From Pseudomonadota bacterium (GTDB lineage: Bacteria; Bdellovibrionota; FAC87; UBA2466): a DNA stretch of 45,568 nt. A program made the position numbers and the translations under genes. Location: positions 1 to 45,568 of the forward strand of contig JAYUGC010000195.1 of assembly GCA_043767805.1 (NCBI GenBank). The letters are read 5' to 3'. The notes beneath the pieces were generated by a model. The model had not been told where the DNA came from and searched no databases. It saw only the letters and a list, made by a program, of their open reading frames with translations. This document shows, in pieces, positions 19,974-27,922 of this stretch (positions within the stretch are counted from its first letter, which is position 1; each line of letters begins with the position of its first letter).

Positions 19974-21052
19974 CGAATCCCCGGGTAGGCGTCCGCGAAA
20001 TCTTTCCAGTCCGCGAAGTCGTTGATGTTTTTCGCGCCAAACGGCGCGGGCTCGGTTCCCGTTAGACTGTGAGCCGTCGGCGTGGTCACCCGGGCTGCAA
20101 AGGCCGCTGAGCTGTTCCATTCCCGAATCTGCAAATGGATGGCCGCGACCGTCTCGTGGGCTCTATCCAAACAATAAACCGAATAATCAGGCATCAAGGA
20201 GTTATATCCGGCATAAAACCCGCCGGTGTGATCGCCGGCTTCGAAGTAGTTCGCGGCGTAAATATTCGAACCGCTGACCTTCTTGATGGGCGCCTCGATG
20301 GCGTAGCTTTTATTGATTCCCGATCCTTCCACGAAGTAAATGTCCGCCATAGGGAAGTTCTGAGAATCCTTTTTTTGGGTGTCCACGCCCGGACCATATA
20401 GGCAAGCGGCGGCGCTGCCTCCCCAAGGCGTATTGGGGGTCGTCGCGACGGTATAGCCACCGGCGCCCGTGTTAAGAGTGGCGTCCCAAGTCCGATTGAC
20501 CAAGGTGTAATAGCCTACGCAGCAATTAGGCCCAGGCGGCACTAAGGTTGAATGATCGAAATCAAAAGCGCCGGACTGGCAATTAGCCACAGAAGAACTG
20601 GGGGTGTTGATGACGCCGTTATTGTCGGTATCGAGTCCCACGGTTCCATTCTTATCCGTATCTATCTGCACGTCGGTGGGCCCCGTTCCCGCCGCGAAAT
20701 TCCAAAAGGCATACGGGGCAAAAACGACGTAGGAGCAAAGGCTCGAAGGCACGTTGTACTGAAGAGTCACGCCATTGAAATGCAGATCGAGCTCTTCGGC
20801 GTCTAAGATACAGGTGATATCTTCGCCGGTGGCCGCCGTGCACGCCGCCCCGAAGGCGGAATCTTTATGTATGTCGTAAGTGTATTTCGAATCCGTGATG
20901 TAGCGCAGATTGAAGCCCAAATCGTCGTTAACCGTGCCCACCGGAGGGTTCGGCGAAGGCAACGAATCGTCGTCAGTCTTCTTTTTGCAGCCTAGCATCA
21001 AACCAAGTGCAACTAAGAGAACGAACGCTCTCGATAGAAGATCACGATTCAT
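19970..21052 (-). CDS. Cys-rich lipoprotein of unknown function
   Basis: Lipobox LMLG/C; about nine Cys in the mature chain; tandem DTDKNG and DTDNNG motifs; start moved to ATG 21052. Confidence 0.8.
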   Translation of the reverse strand: MNRDLLSRAFVLLVALGLMLGCKKKTDDDSLPSPNPPVGTVNDDLGFNLRYITDSKYTYDIHKDSAFGAACTAATGEDITCILDAEELDLHFNGVTLQYNVPSSLCSYVVFAPYAFWNFAAGTGPTDVQIDTDKNGTVGLDTDNNGVINTPSSSVANCQSGAFDFDHSTLVPPGPNCCVGYYTLVNRTWDATLNTGAGGYTVATTPNTPWGGSAAACLYGPGVDTQKKDSQNFPMADIYFVEGSGINKSYAIEAPIKKVSGSNIYAANYFEAGDHTGGFYAGYNSLMPDYSVYCLDRAHETVAAIHLQIREWNSSAAFAARVTTPTAHSLTGTEPAPFGAKNINDFADWKDFADAYPGIR

Positions 21053-21282
21053 TAGTTTTCCCCCGTAACCGTTTGGCAAAGCTGGGCTTTATTGCGAAAA
21101 GCATGACCCGAACCGGCCGGTCCCGCAAGCGCTAAGCTCGACGCGCCGCCTGGGCTTTGGGAAGGTTTTGGGTGTTAAGGAGTACGTTTGTTGGGTTTGG
21201 CGATGAGCATTGAAGGTTGAAGCTGATTCCCTTGATATGTCGTATAAGTAAAATTATGTGAACCAGGGTAACGGGAAAGAGA

Positions 21283-22374
21283 CTACTGAATCTCGTAGTT
21301 CACCGTGATGGTTTGGCCCGCGTTCGGTTGGTACTCGCCGGCGAAACACACGCTGCCGGTCGTGGAGTCGAACTGATAGCCCTGATCGTTCGCGCCAATG
21401 GTCCGGCTTCCCACAGTAACGTCGACGATCCGGGACGCGCCCTTGGCCAAATCGTAGCAAATGCCGCGGTTCGAAATCCGGCGGCCGATCTCGGTCAGAT
21501 AATTGGCTAGCAGTCCATCGCAGATGGAGCCCATGAACCCAGTCCCAATCTGTCTTTGTACTTCGTAGTAACGATTCCCGAGGCCGGCCCAATCGGCCTG
21601 GTCGTCTTCCAAGGTATTGCACTCGCTACCGTAGCGTGCCGCCAAGGGATACAAGAGCGTTTTGACCGGTACCTGATTCTGGGTCTTCAGGTTCTTGAAA
21701 AACTCGACAAAATGATCGATCGAGTACGGCGCAGCGTCGCATTGCACATTGCCTCGGCTATTGACGGCGCAGTGCCGAGACGTGTCCGTGGCGTCGGTCA
21801 AGATGACCACCGCGAGCGGCACTCCGTCGCGCAGCAAGGACGAGCCGTAATTGCCAATCGCGAGCTCCGTCGAGAGCCATCCCATTTCATAGGCGCTATT
21901 GGGCCTGGAGTTCGCGTTCATGATGTTGGTCTTGATCTGATCGAGAATGGAGCTGAACTGGGCCACGACACCCGAGGTACCCGGCGTAAGGATCGACTCG
22001 CCTCCCGAGCCCGCGTAGAGCCTTCCCTGATCGAGCCACGCATTGGTGGTGGTCACCGCCACGCGGTAGTCGACGTTGCGGCGGGCATTCAGGGCCGAGA
22101 AAAACTGGGAAAGCTGGGACTGTACAGTGATGACCTCGCCGGTCATGGAGCCCGAATCGTCGAAGACGAAGAGAAAATCCTGCTTTTGCGTATTGTCGCC
22201 CGCGAGAAACGTCGAGGTCCGCGAGCTCGGTCCGGTAATGACGGTTTGATTGGGAACGCTAGGAATGCCTTTAGGCAGATCTTTCGCTTCGCTAATCGCG
22301 GGAACGATCTCGCCGCAGCCGGCAACGAGAAGCCCCCCGATCACAAGGAACACGGTAGAGAAAATGTGAGTCAT
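21283..22374 (-). CDS. VWA/MIDAS-domain lipoprotein (CglB-like adhesin)
   Basis: Lipobox LVAG/C; DFLFVFDDSGSM (DxSxS), YRVAVTTT, LAVVILTD; Cys pairs; C-terminal beta-rich module ending P..G..ITVNY. Confidence 0.85.
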   Translation of the reverse strand: MTHIFSTVFLVIGGLLVAGCGEIVPAISEAKDLPKGIPSVPNQTVITGPSSRTSTFLAGDNTQKQDFLFVFDDSGSMTGEVITVQSQLSQFFSALNARRNVDYRVAVTTTNAWLDQGRLYAGSGGESILTPGTSGVVAQFSSILDQIKTNIMNANSRPNSAYEMGWLSTELAIGNYGSSLLRDGVPLAVVILTDATDTSRHCAVNSRGNVQCDAAPYSIDHFVEFFKNLKTQNQVPVKTLLYPLAARYGSECNTLEDDQADWAGLGNRYYEVQRQIGTGFMGSICDGLLANYLTEIGRRISNRGICYDLAKGASRIVDVTVGSRTIGANDQGYQFDSTTGSVCFAGEYQPNAGQTITVNYEIQ

Positions 22375-22390
22375 CCCAGAGACGGGTAAT

Positions 22391-22406
22391 TGCAAGGTGA
22401 GTACCA
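22391..22406 (-). promoter_or_regulatory. Sigma54 (-24/-12) promoter candidate for the VWA lipoprotein
   Basis: TGGTACTCACCTTGCA, exact GG-N10-GC spacing, 16 nt before the ATG. Confidence 0.55.
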
Positions 22407-22611
22407 GCGGTGGACAGATGAAAACCGCTTGGGCAGTCGTCAAACTTTCGACCTAAGAAAAAGCAGGGCCTCTGTACTCAACCGGAATACGGCAGCTTCT
22501 TTGCGTGGTTACTCACCTGTCCAAGACTTAGCCACTTTAGGCGAATTAAACAGGGGTTCCCAACCCAGTAGCGATTTCCTCCTCGAGAAAGGCTCATGGG
22601 CCCAGAGAAAC

Positions 22612-22815
22612 CCCGCGCTGTCGCGCGTTCGATCCGGCCCAGTCACTGGTTGCTGGATGCCGGTACGAGGTAATCTATTAGATCTTTCCCTCTCGGACTG
22701 CTCGTTAACGCCAGTTCAATCTCAATGAGGAGTGCGTGAGGCTAAGACCAAAATAGCCTACCTCGGTCTAGCATCCAGCAACCAGTGACCGCCCCGGATC
22801 GAACCGCGAAGCGGG
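22612..22815. repeat. ~204-nt imperfect inverted repeat (rod-like hairpin)
   Basis: Arms 22612-22706 and 22724-22815, including a perfect 19-bp block GTCACTGGTTGCTGGATGC (22642-22660 vs 22771-22789) and an 11-bp block GTTCGATCCGG; 17-nt loop. Confidence 0.9.
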
Positions 22816-22824
22816 ATCCCCGGC

Positions 22825-23724
22825 TTAGACGATGTCGGCGAAGGTGGCTTCGACGCGGCGGAAATAGAAGAGCCCGAAATACATCATGACGACGGCACCC
22901 GCCGCGGAAATACCGACGAGACTCAAGTCGACCGGACGGCCCACGAAGGCATTGCGGAAGCCTTCGACGATGCCCAGGACAGGATTCATAAGGACCCAGA
23001 CCCGGTAACGCTCGGGAACGAGCGAGAGCGGATAGGTGATGGGCGTAATCCACATCGCCATCTGCAAGACGAACGGAATCAGGTTTCCGATATCGCGAAA
23101 GCGCACGTTCGCGGCGCTCAAGCCCAGGCTTAGGCCCAGCGCTTGAAACGAAGCGAGGGCGGTCAGCACGGGAATCCAAAGGAGCGCGGCCCACGATGGG
23201 GGATATCCGAAGTAGTACATGAGCGGGATCACCGAGACCAAAGCCACGGCCAGATCCACGAAGCCTGGAAGCAAGGAGCCGACCGGAATCAGCAGGCGCG
23301 GAAAGTAAACCTTGGTCAAAACGTAGGAGTTCGCGACCAGGCAGGTGCTGCAACGGTTCACCGCGTTCACGAAAAAGATGAAAGGCAACATACCGAGGAA
23401 GTTAAAGAGCGGATAAGGCAATCCATCGGAAGGCATCTTGGCGAGCTTGCCGAAAAGGATGGTGAAAATACCCGTCGACATCAAAGGCTGCAAAATCGTC
23501 CAGCCGAAACCCAAGAAGGTCTGCGCGTAGCGGAGCTTCAAATCCCGCCAGGCGAGAAGAATCGCGAGCTCCCGATACTCCCAAGCTTCATTCAGATTCA
23601 CCAGCTCGAGACCTGATTCCACGCCGAAAATCACCTTATGCGCGCGCGGGCGATCCGGCATCGGGGGAGTGGCCTCTTGGGGGGGAAGATCGGGAAGAAT
23701 TTTTAGTGCAGGTTTCGTGCTCAT
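22825..23724 (-). CDS. wzm: Polysaccharide ABC exporter permease (Wzm/ABC-2 type)
   Basis: WEYRELAILLAWRDLKLRYAQTFLGFGW.ILQP, TKVYFPR, RFRD, TPITYP, NP..GIVEGFR, FADIV. Confidence 0.9.
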   Translation of the reverse strand: MSTKPALKILPDLPPQEATPPMPDRPRAHKVIFGVESGLELVNLNEAWEYRELAILLAWRDLKLRYAQTFLGFGWTILQPLMSTGIFTILFGKLAKMPSDGLPYPLFNFLGMLPFIFFVNAVNRCSTCLVANSYVLTKVYFPRLLIPVGSLLPGFVDLAVALVSVIPLMYYFGYPPSWAALLWIPVLTALASFQALGLSLGLSAANVRFRDIGNLIPFVLQMAMWITPITYPLSLVPERYRVWVLMNPVLGIVEGFRNAFVGRPVDLSLVGISAAGAVVMMYFGLFYFRRVEATFADIV

Positions 23725-23748
23725 AGAAGGCTAATCCGTTCAGCCTTC

Positions 23749-23776
23749 TTATCGGCTCAAAGACAATTGTCCCTTA
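23749..23776 (-). promoter_or_regulatory. Sigma28-like promoter of wzm
   Basis: TAAGG-N15-GCCGATAA, 24 nt before the ATG. Confidence 0.6.
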
Positions 23777-23793
23777 ACGAGTTAAAAGGGCCC

Positions 23794-24015
23794 ATGGACA
23801 CCGGCCGCCTCCGATATTTCTGCGCCGTGGCGCGGACGGGAAGCCTCCGCCGAGCGGCGGAGCTCGTGAAAGTCTCGCCCCCCGCTCTTTCCAAAGCCAT
23901 CAAGCTGCTGGAGAGCGAGTGCGGAGTGCGCCTCATCGATTGGGGCATTACCTACGTTCCCATTCCTCACCCCGATCTGGATTTTCTTCCGGCGGCTACG
24001 GTGACCATGGACTAG
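23794..24015 (+). pseudogene. LysR-family regulator remnant (HTH fused to a short substrate-domain fragment)
   Basis: MDTGRLRYFCAVARTGSLRRAAELVKVSPPALSKAIKLLESECGVRL is a LysR HTH; followed by DWGITYVPIPHPDLDF and a stop at 73 aa. Confidence 0.75.
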
Positions 24016-25247
24016 TGAAGGAGAAAGGAGACGGGCTCTTCCCAAGAGGGAACGTACTCCGGGCAGCGAAGCGGCTCGCGGAGCGCTTGGATTTCGGCGA
24101 AGCCCAAACCGCGCTGCCGATCGTAACGAACGTCGCCCATCAAGATGTCGCGGCCCGCTTCCTGGAAAAAGGGAATGCGCGCGAAACGCAAAAAGGCCGC
24201 CACCTGGCAATGACTTCCCGCCAGTTTGCGTAACCCTTCCACGGTATTTCTCATTTCCCCGAACCAGACGACGCTTTCCTCGGCACTCGGCGTGGTGGGA
24301 AGCCACTGAGCGGTGCGCTCCTTGGGCTCGATGGAGCGGCAACGGTCGGGAGGCACGAGGGAGGGCACGGGGGCGAGCACGCCCGAGCGGATGCGATAGG
24401 CTTTTCCTCCGTCATAGGTTTCCAGCGTAAAGAGCGACCAGCAAAACGGATTCGCGGGAGACGGAGAAAGCACGATGTCTTTCAAGACCAAGCCACCGGC
24501 GTCAGCGAATTTAGAAGCGAAATCCTGTTTCAAATACCGCGATGTAAAACTAAAGAGCAAGACCGGCAGCACCGCCGAAAGGATGGCCAGCGCCGTGCGA
24601 TGGCCCGGAGAGAATTTTCGCGTGCCCTCCCAAAGAAGCACTCCCACCATCACTAAGGGAATCGAGCAGAACCAAGGGACCATCCCGCTAAAGAGCGTGA
24701 GTAAAACTCCGCCGACAAAGGTACCGGCAAGCAGAAAACGCGTGAGCCGCGCCGTCGCCGAGAAATACAAAGCGGGAGTCAGCGTGAGCCAAAGCCAGGG
24801 CTCGACGATAAACAGAGTATCGCCGTAAAACCAGCGGTTATCGAAAGGCCAAAGCGGGTGCACGCCGTAGGAGTTCAGGGCGTCGAGCCCGATGTGGGAG
24901 AGCTCGCCGAAAACGAGGAGAAAGCACGCCCAGCTCCAATCCGCTTTACCCGTGGGAAGCCGCAAACGTCTGGCCGAGAAACGGAGCAGCCAAAGCAGGA
25001 CTAAAAACTGAGGAATGAGACCCAGCAAAGTGTGGGTGTGGCCCCGGTGATGAAGTAGATAACCGAGCCTGCCTTCCGTAATGAACGAATAGGCGAAGTC
25101 GATGTCGGGCAGGTTCGCCGCGAGCAGCCCACCGGTCCAAAGCCAGCGGCGCATGGCTTCGCGTTGCGGCTTGCCCCTGACCTCGCGGAAACGGACCACG
25201 ACGTCCGCCGCGGCCAGCCCCACCAGGGAATGCGTGATATTGTCCAC
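24012..25247 (-). CDS. Inner-membrane metal-dependent hydrolase (YdjM/DUF457 family)
   Basis: MDNITHSLVG, NLPDID, HHRGHTH, SHIGLDALNSYGVHPLWPF; several TMs. Confidence 0.9.
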   Translation of the reverse strand: MDNITHSLVGLAAADVVVRFREVRGKPQREAMRRWLWTGGLLAANLPDIDFAYSFITEGRLGYLLHHRGHTHTLLGLIPQFLVLLWLLRFSARRLRLPTGKADWSWACFLLVFGELSHIGLDALNSYGVHPLWPFDNRWFYGDTLFIVEPWLWLTLTPALYFSATARLTRFLLAGTFVGGVLLTLFSGMVPWFCSIPLVMVGVLLWEGTRKFSPGHRTALAILSAVLPVLLFSFTSRYLKQDFASKFADAGGLVLKDIVLSPSPANPFCWSLFTLETYDGGKAYRIRSGVLAPVPSLVPPDRCRSIEPKERTAQWLPTTPSAEESVVWFGEMRNTVEGLRKLAGSHCQVAAFLRFARIPFFQEAGRDILMGDVRYDRQRGLGFAEIQALREPLRCPEYVPSWEEPVSFLLH

Positions 25248-25253
25248 GTCCCC

Positions 25254-25281
25254 TTATCGGCCGAAGGCGGTCAATGCTTGC
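25254..25281 (-). promoter_or_regulatory. Sigma28-like promoter of the metal-dependent hydrolase
   Basis: GCAAG-N15-GCCGATAA, 6 nt before the GTG. Confidence 0.55.
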
Positions 25282-25303
25282 GCTAGGGGCCAGAATGCCG
25301 GGC

Positions 25304-25331
25304 TCAAGGGTTGGCGTTTTTGGTCCGATGA
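25304..25331 (+). promoter_or_regulatory. Sigma28-like promoter of the ECF sigma/kinase pair
   Basis: TCAAG-N15-TCCGATGA, 7 nt before GTG 25339. Confidence 0.5.
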
Positions 25332-25338
25332 CCTCTCC

Positions 25339-25923
25339 GTGGGCGAACCAGCAAAAGATCTAACGTTACTTCTCAAAGAGTTCGGGCGCGGCAGCTCGGA
25401 GGCGATCCAAAAGATCTACCCTCAGGTATACGAGCACTTGCACCGCCTGGCCATCCGCTTCATGAACCGGGAGAACAAGGGTCACACCTTGCAGCCCACG
25501 GCGCTCGTGCACGAGGCTTTCATGAAACTGGTGGAAGGTAAGCAAGTCGCTTACGAGGACCGCGTTCACTTCTTCGCCGTTGCGGCCCGCATGATGCGCC
25601 AGATTCTCACCGATCACGCCAAAGCCAAGCGCGCCGAAAAGCGCGGAGGCGGTGCGATTAAGGTTTCCTTCGAAGAGAACTTGCATGCCGTGGCGGCCCC
25701 GGAAGACGGCGAAGATCTCCTCGCTCTCGATGAAGCGCTGAACGAATTGAAAAAGCGCAACGAGCGCCAGGCCCAGGTGGTGGAGCTTCGCTATTTCGCG
25801 GGCCTCAGCATCGGGGAAACGGCCGAGATGCTCAAAGCATCGCCGGCCACCATCAAGCGGGACTGGAGTTCCGCGAAACTCTGGCTATTTCGTGAAATCA
25901 AAAGAAAACAAGAAACAGACTGA
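25339..25923 (+). CDS. ECF sigma factor, TIGR02999/ECF43-like
   Basis: GHTLQPTALVHEAFMKL, HFFAVAARMMRQILTDHA, AEKRGG, VVELRYFAGLS, TIKRDW..AKLWL; start moved to GTG 25339. Confidence 0.93.
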   Translation: MGEPAKDLTLLLKEFGRGSSEAIQKIYPQVYEHLHRLAIRFMNRENKGHTLQPTALVHEAFMKLVEGKQVAYEDRVHFFAVAARMMRQILTDHAKAKRAEKRGGGAIKVSFEENLHAVAAPEDGEDLLALDEALNELKKRNERQAQVVELRYFAGLSIGETAEMLKASPATIKRDWSSAKLWLFREIKRKQETD

Positions 25924-27841
25924 GCTCGCCTGGGACCAGCTCTACGAGTTGTACGAGCGCGTCCAAGACGTCCCCGATGCGGAACGCCGAAGTCTGCTCG
26001 AATCGCTTTGTCCCGGCCGTCCCGAAATCCACGCCGAAGTTCTGGCGCTAGTGAGCGAATCACCGAAACTGAGCAAATTCCTGGAAGGTTCCGCGGCGGC
26101 CCGCCTCGCCGTGATGCTGGAGCCTGAGTCTTTCAAATCCGGCGATCTCGTCGAAGATTTTTTCATTTCCGGCGTTTTAGGGCGCGGCGCTTTCGCGACC
26201 GTATACCGCGCCATTCAAAACTCCCTCGATCGCGAAGTCGCGCTCAAAGTCTCACCCGACTTCGGGCAAGAAGGCCGGACGATTGCCCAGCTCGAGCATG
26301 AGGGCATCGTTCCCGTCTATTCCCAGACGACTTTGAAGGCACGAAACCTTCGCTTGATTGCCATGCAGTACGTGGCCGCCGTGACGCTGGAGAAGCTCGC
26401 CGCGAGTCTCGCTCTCCTTCCCGCCGAAGACCTGAACGGCGCGACCGTATTAAAAGCGATCGATGACGGCCTCGCGGACCCGCCCGCGCTTACCGCCGAG
26501 GCCTATCGCGATAGAGACCGCCTAAGTCACGTGAGCTATCCCGAAATAGTGGCCTGGATCGGCGCCCATCTCGCCCGGGCGCTGGATCACGCGCACGGAG
26601 AAGGCATTCTTCACTTGGACATCAAGGCGAGCAATATCTTGGTCCCGGCGACGGCTCGCCCCAAGCTGACCGACTTCAATGTGTCCATCGACGTGGAGTC
26701 CTTGGAAGACGGCATTCCGGCCCAGTTCGGCGGCACGGCAGATTTCATGGCGCCCGAGCATAAGCTCGTTTTCACAACGAGCGACAAACTTTCCGCGGTG
26801 CGCGCTCTCGACGGCCGCGCCGATGTGTACTCGCTCGGCATCATGTTGCAAGAGCTGCTTCAGGTGGGCGCTCAAGCCCGAGTCACGGACGAGCTCAATT
26901 GGATCGTGAGCCGCGCCACCGAGGCCGACCCCGCTCGCCGCTATCAAGACGCGGACGCGTTCGCGAAAGCCCTAGACGGGTACGGCGAGCTCAGAGCGAT
27001 CCTGGCAAGCCTTCCCTCGACGCGTCCCTGGCTACGTCCCATTGGGAAACACCCCATCCTTTGGCTGACGGTGCTCGGCGCGGTGCCACAAGTGATCGGC
27101 TGCACGTTCGGCATCACCTATAATGCCATTCGCATTGTCGCTGACTTGAGCCCCCATCAGAGGGAGCTCTTTCGCGCCCTGAACTGGACTTACAATCCGT
27201 TTCTCTACGTGCTGGTATCGGTGCTTTGGCTCTGGGGCATGGCCCGATTCAGGCCCCTCGTTCGCCGACCGGCGGATTACGTCGGCAGACAAGCCGAGCT
27301 TTCGAAGCTCCGCGCGTGTATGCACCGGACACCGCTCTTCGGCGCGGCGCTAACCACCCTCGGCTGGATGCCGGGAGCCGTCGGCTTTCCGGCCTTTCTC
27401 CATTTTTACGGCGGCGGGCTTTCGCTTTCCACGAGCTGTCATTTCTTCATCTCGTTTTTTCTCTCCTATGGCATCGCCCTCGCCTATTCGTTCTTGATTC
27501 ATGAATGGATTTTGCTCAGAACGCTCTACAAGAGATTCTGGCCTGGGTCGGAATCAATTGCGGAGACCGCTCGCCGAGAGCTTGCCCCCATCCCCAAGCG
27601 CGTGCGGATAGCTTGCGTACTCGCGGCCTTCATCCCTTTGCTCGGCGCCACCATCGTGATTCTGGTTGGACCCGATAACCTGAGCGAGCGCGACTACAAG
27701 GTGTTTCGTTTTCTCACGACGTCACTCATCGTCATGGGAGGCGTCGGCATGTCGTTCGCTTTCTCCGCCGCGCAGGAAATCGGCCGCATGGTGGTGCGCT
27801 TCACCAACGGCACCCAGGAAGCCCGCACCCGAAACAAGTAA
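25892..27841 (+). CDS. Ser/Thr protein kinase with multi-TM C-terminal domain
   Basis: LGRGAFATVY, VALK, HLDIKASN, LTDFN, GGTADFMAPE, DVYSLG, RRY; about six C-terminal hydrophobic helices; overlaps the ECF gene. Confidence 0.92.
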   Translation: MKSKENKKQTELAWDQLYELYERVQDVPDAERRSLLESLCPGRPEIHAEVLALVSESPKLSKFLEGSAAARLAVMLEPESFKSGDLVEDFFISGVLGRGAFATVYRAIQNSLDREVALKVSPDFGQEGRTIAQLEHEGIVPVYSQTTLKARNLRLIAMQYVAAVTLEKLAASLALLPAEDLNGATVLKAIDDGLADPPALTAEAYRDRDRLSHVSYPEIVAWIGAHLARALDHAHGEGILHLDIKASNILVPATARPKLTDFNVSIDVESLEDGIPAQFGGTADFMAPEHKLVFTTSDKLSAVRALDGRADVYSLGIMLQELLQVGAQARVTDELNWIVSRATEADPARRYQDADAFAKALDGYGELRAILASLPSTRPWLRPIGKHPILWLTVLGAVPQVIGCTFGITYNAIRIVADLSPHQRELFRALNWTYNPFLYVLVSVLWLWGMARFRPLVRRPADYVGRQAELSKLRACMHRTPLFGAALTTLGWMPGAVGFPAFLHFYGGGLSLSTSCHFFISFFLSYGIALAYSFLIHEWILLRTLYKRFWPGSESIAETARRELAPIPKRVRIACVLAAFIPLLGATIVILVGPDNLSERDYKVFRFLTTSLIVMGGVGMSFAFSAAQEIGRMVVRFTNGTQEARTRNK

Positions 27842-27865
27842 GACTGCGACGGAGATGCCGGACGC

Positions 27866-27903
27866 GAAAAGGCCCGGGCTTCCGAAGAAACCCAGGCCTT
27901 TTC
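27866..27903. terminator. Probably bidirectional terminator between the kinase and glucoamylase genes
   Basis: Minus strand GAAAAGGCCTGGGTTTC-TTCG-GAAGCCCGGGCCTTTTC; C(UUCG)G loop; T4 on both strands. Confidence 0.8.
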
Positions 27904-27922
27904 AGACAAATTGGGCTCTCGC

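Noticed and set aside
21093..21108. Sigma54-like GGTCATGCTTTTCGCA upstream of the Cys-rich lipoprotein
   Set aside because: At correct spacing the -24 reads GT rather than GG, and the -12 region is degenerate.
22390..22728. 112-aa plus-strand ORF sharing RSGxVTGCWM with a minus-strand ORF
   Set aside because: The similarity simply reflects the DNA inverted repeat; no RBS and no protein-like features.
22612..22815. Hairpin as tRNA, 6S RNA or integron attC
   Set aside because: GTTCGATCC has no T-stem or cloverleaf; no large central bubble; no RYYYAAC/GTTRRRY ends, longer than typical attC sites, and no integrase in the window.
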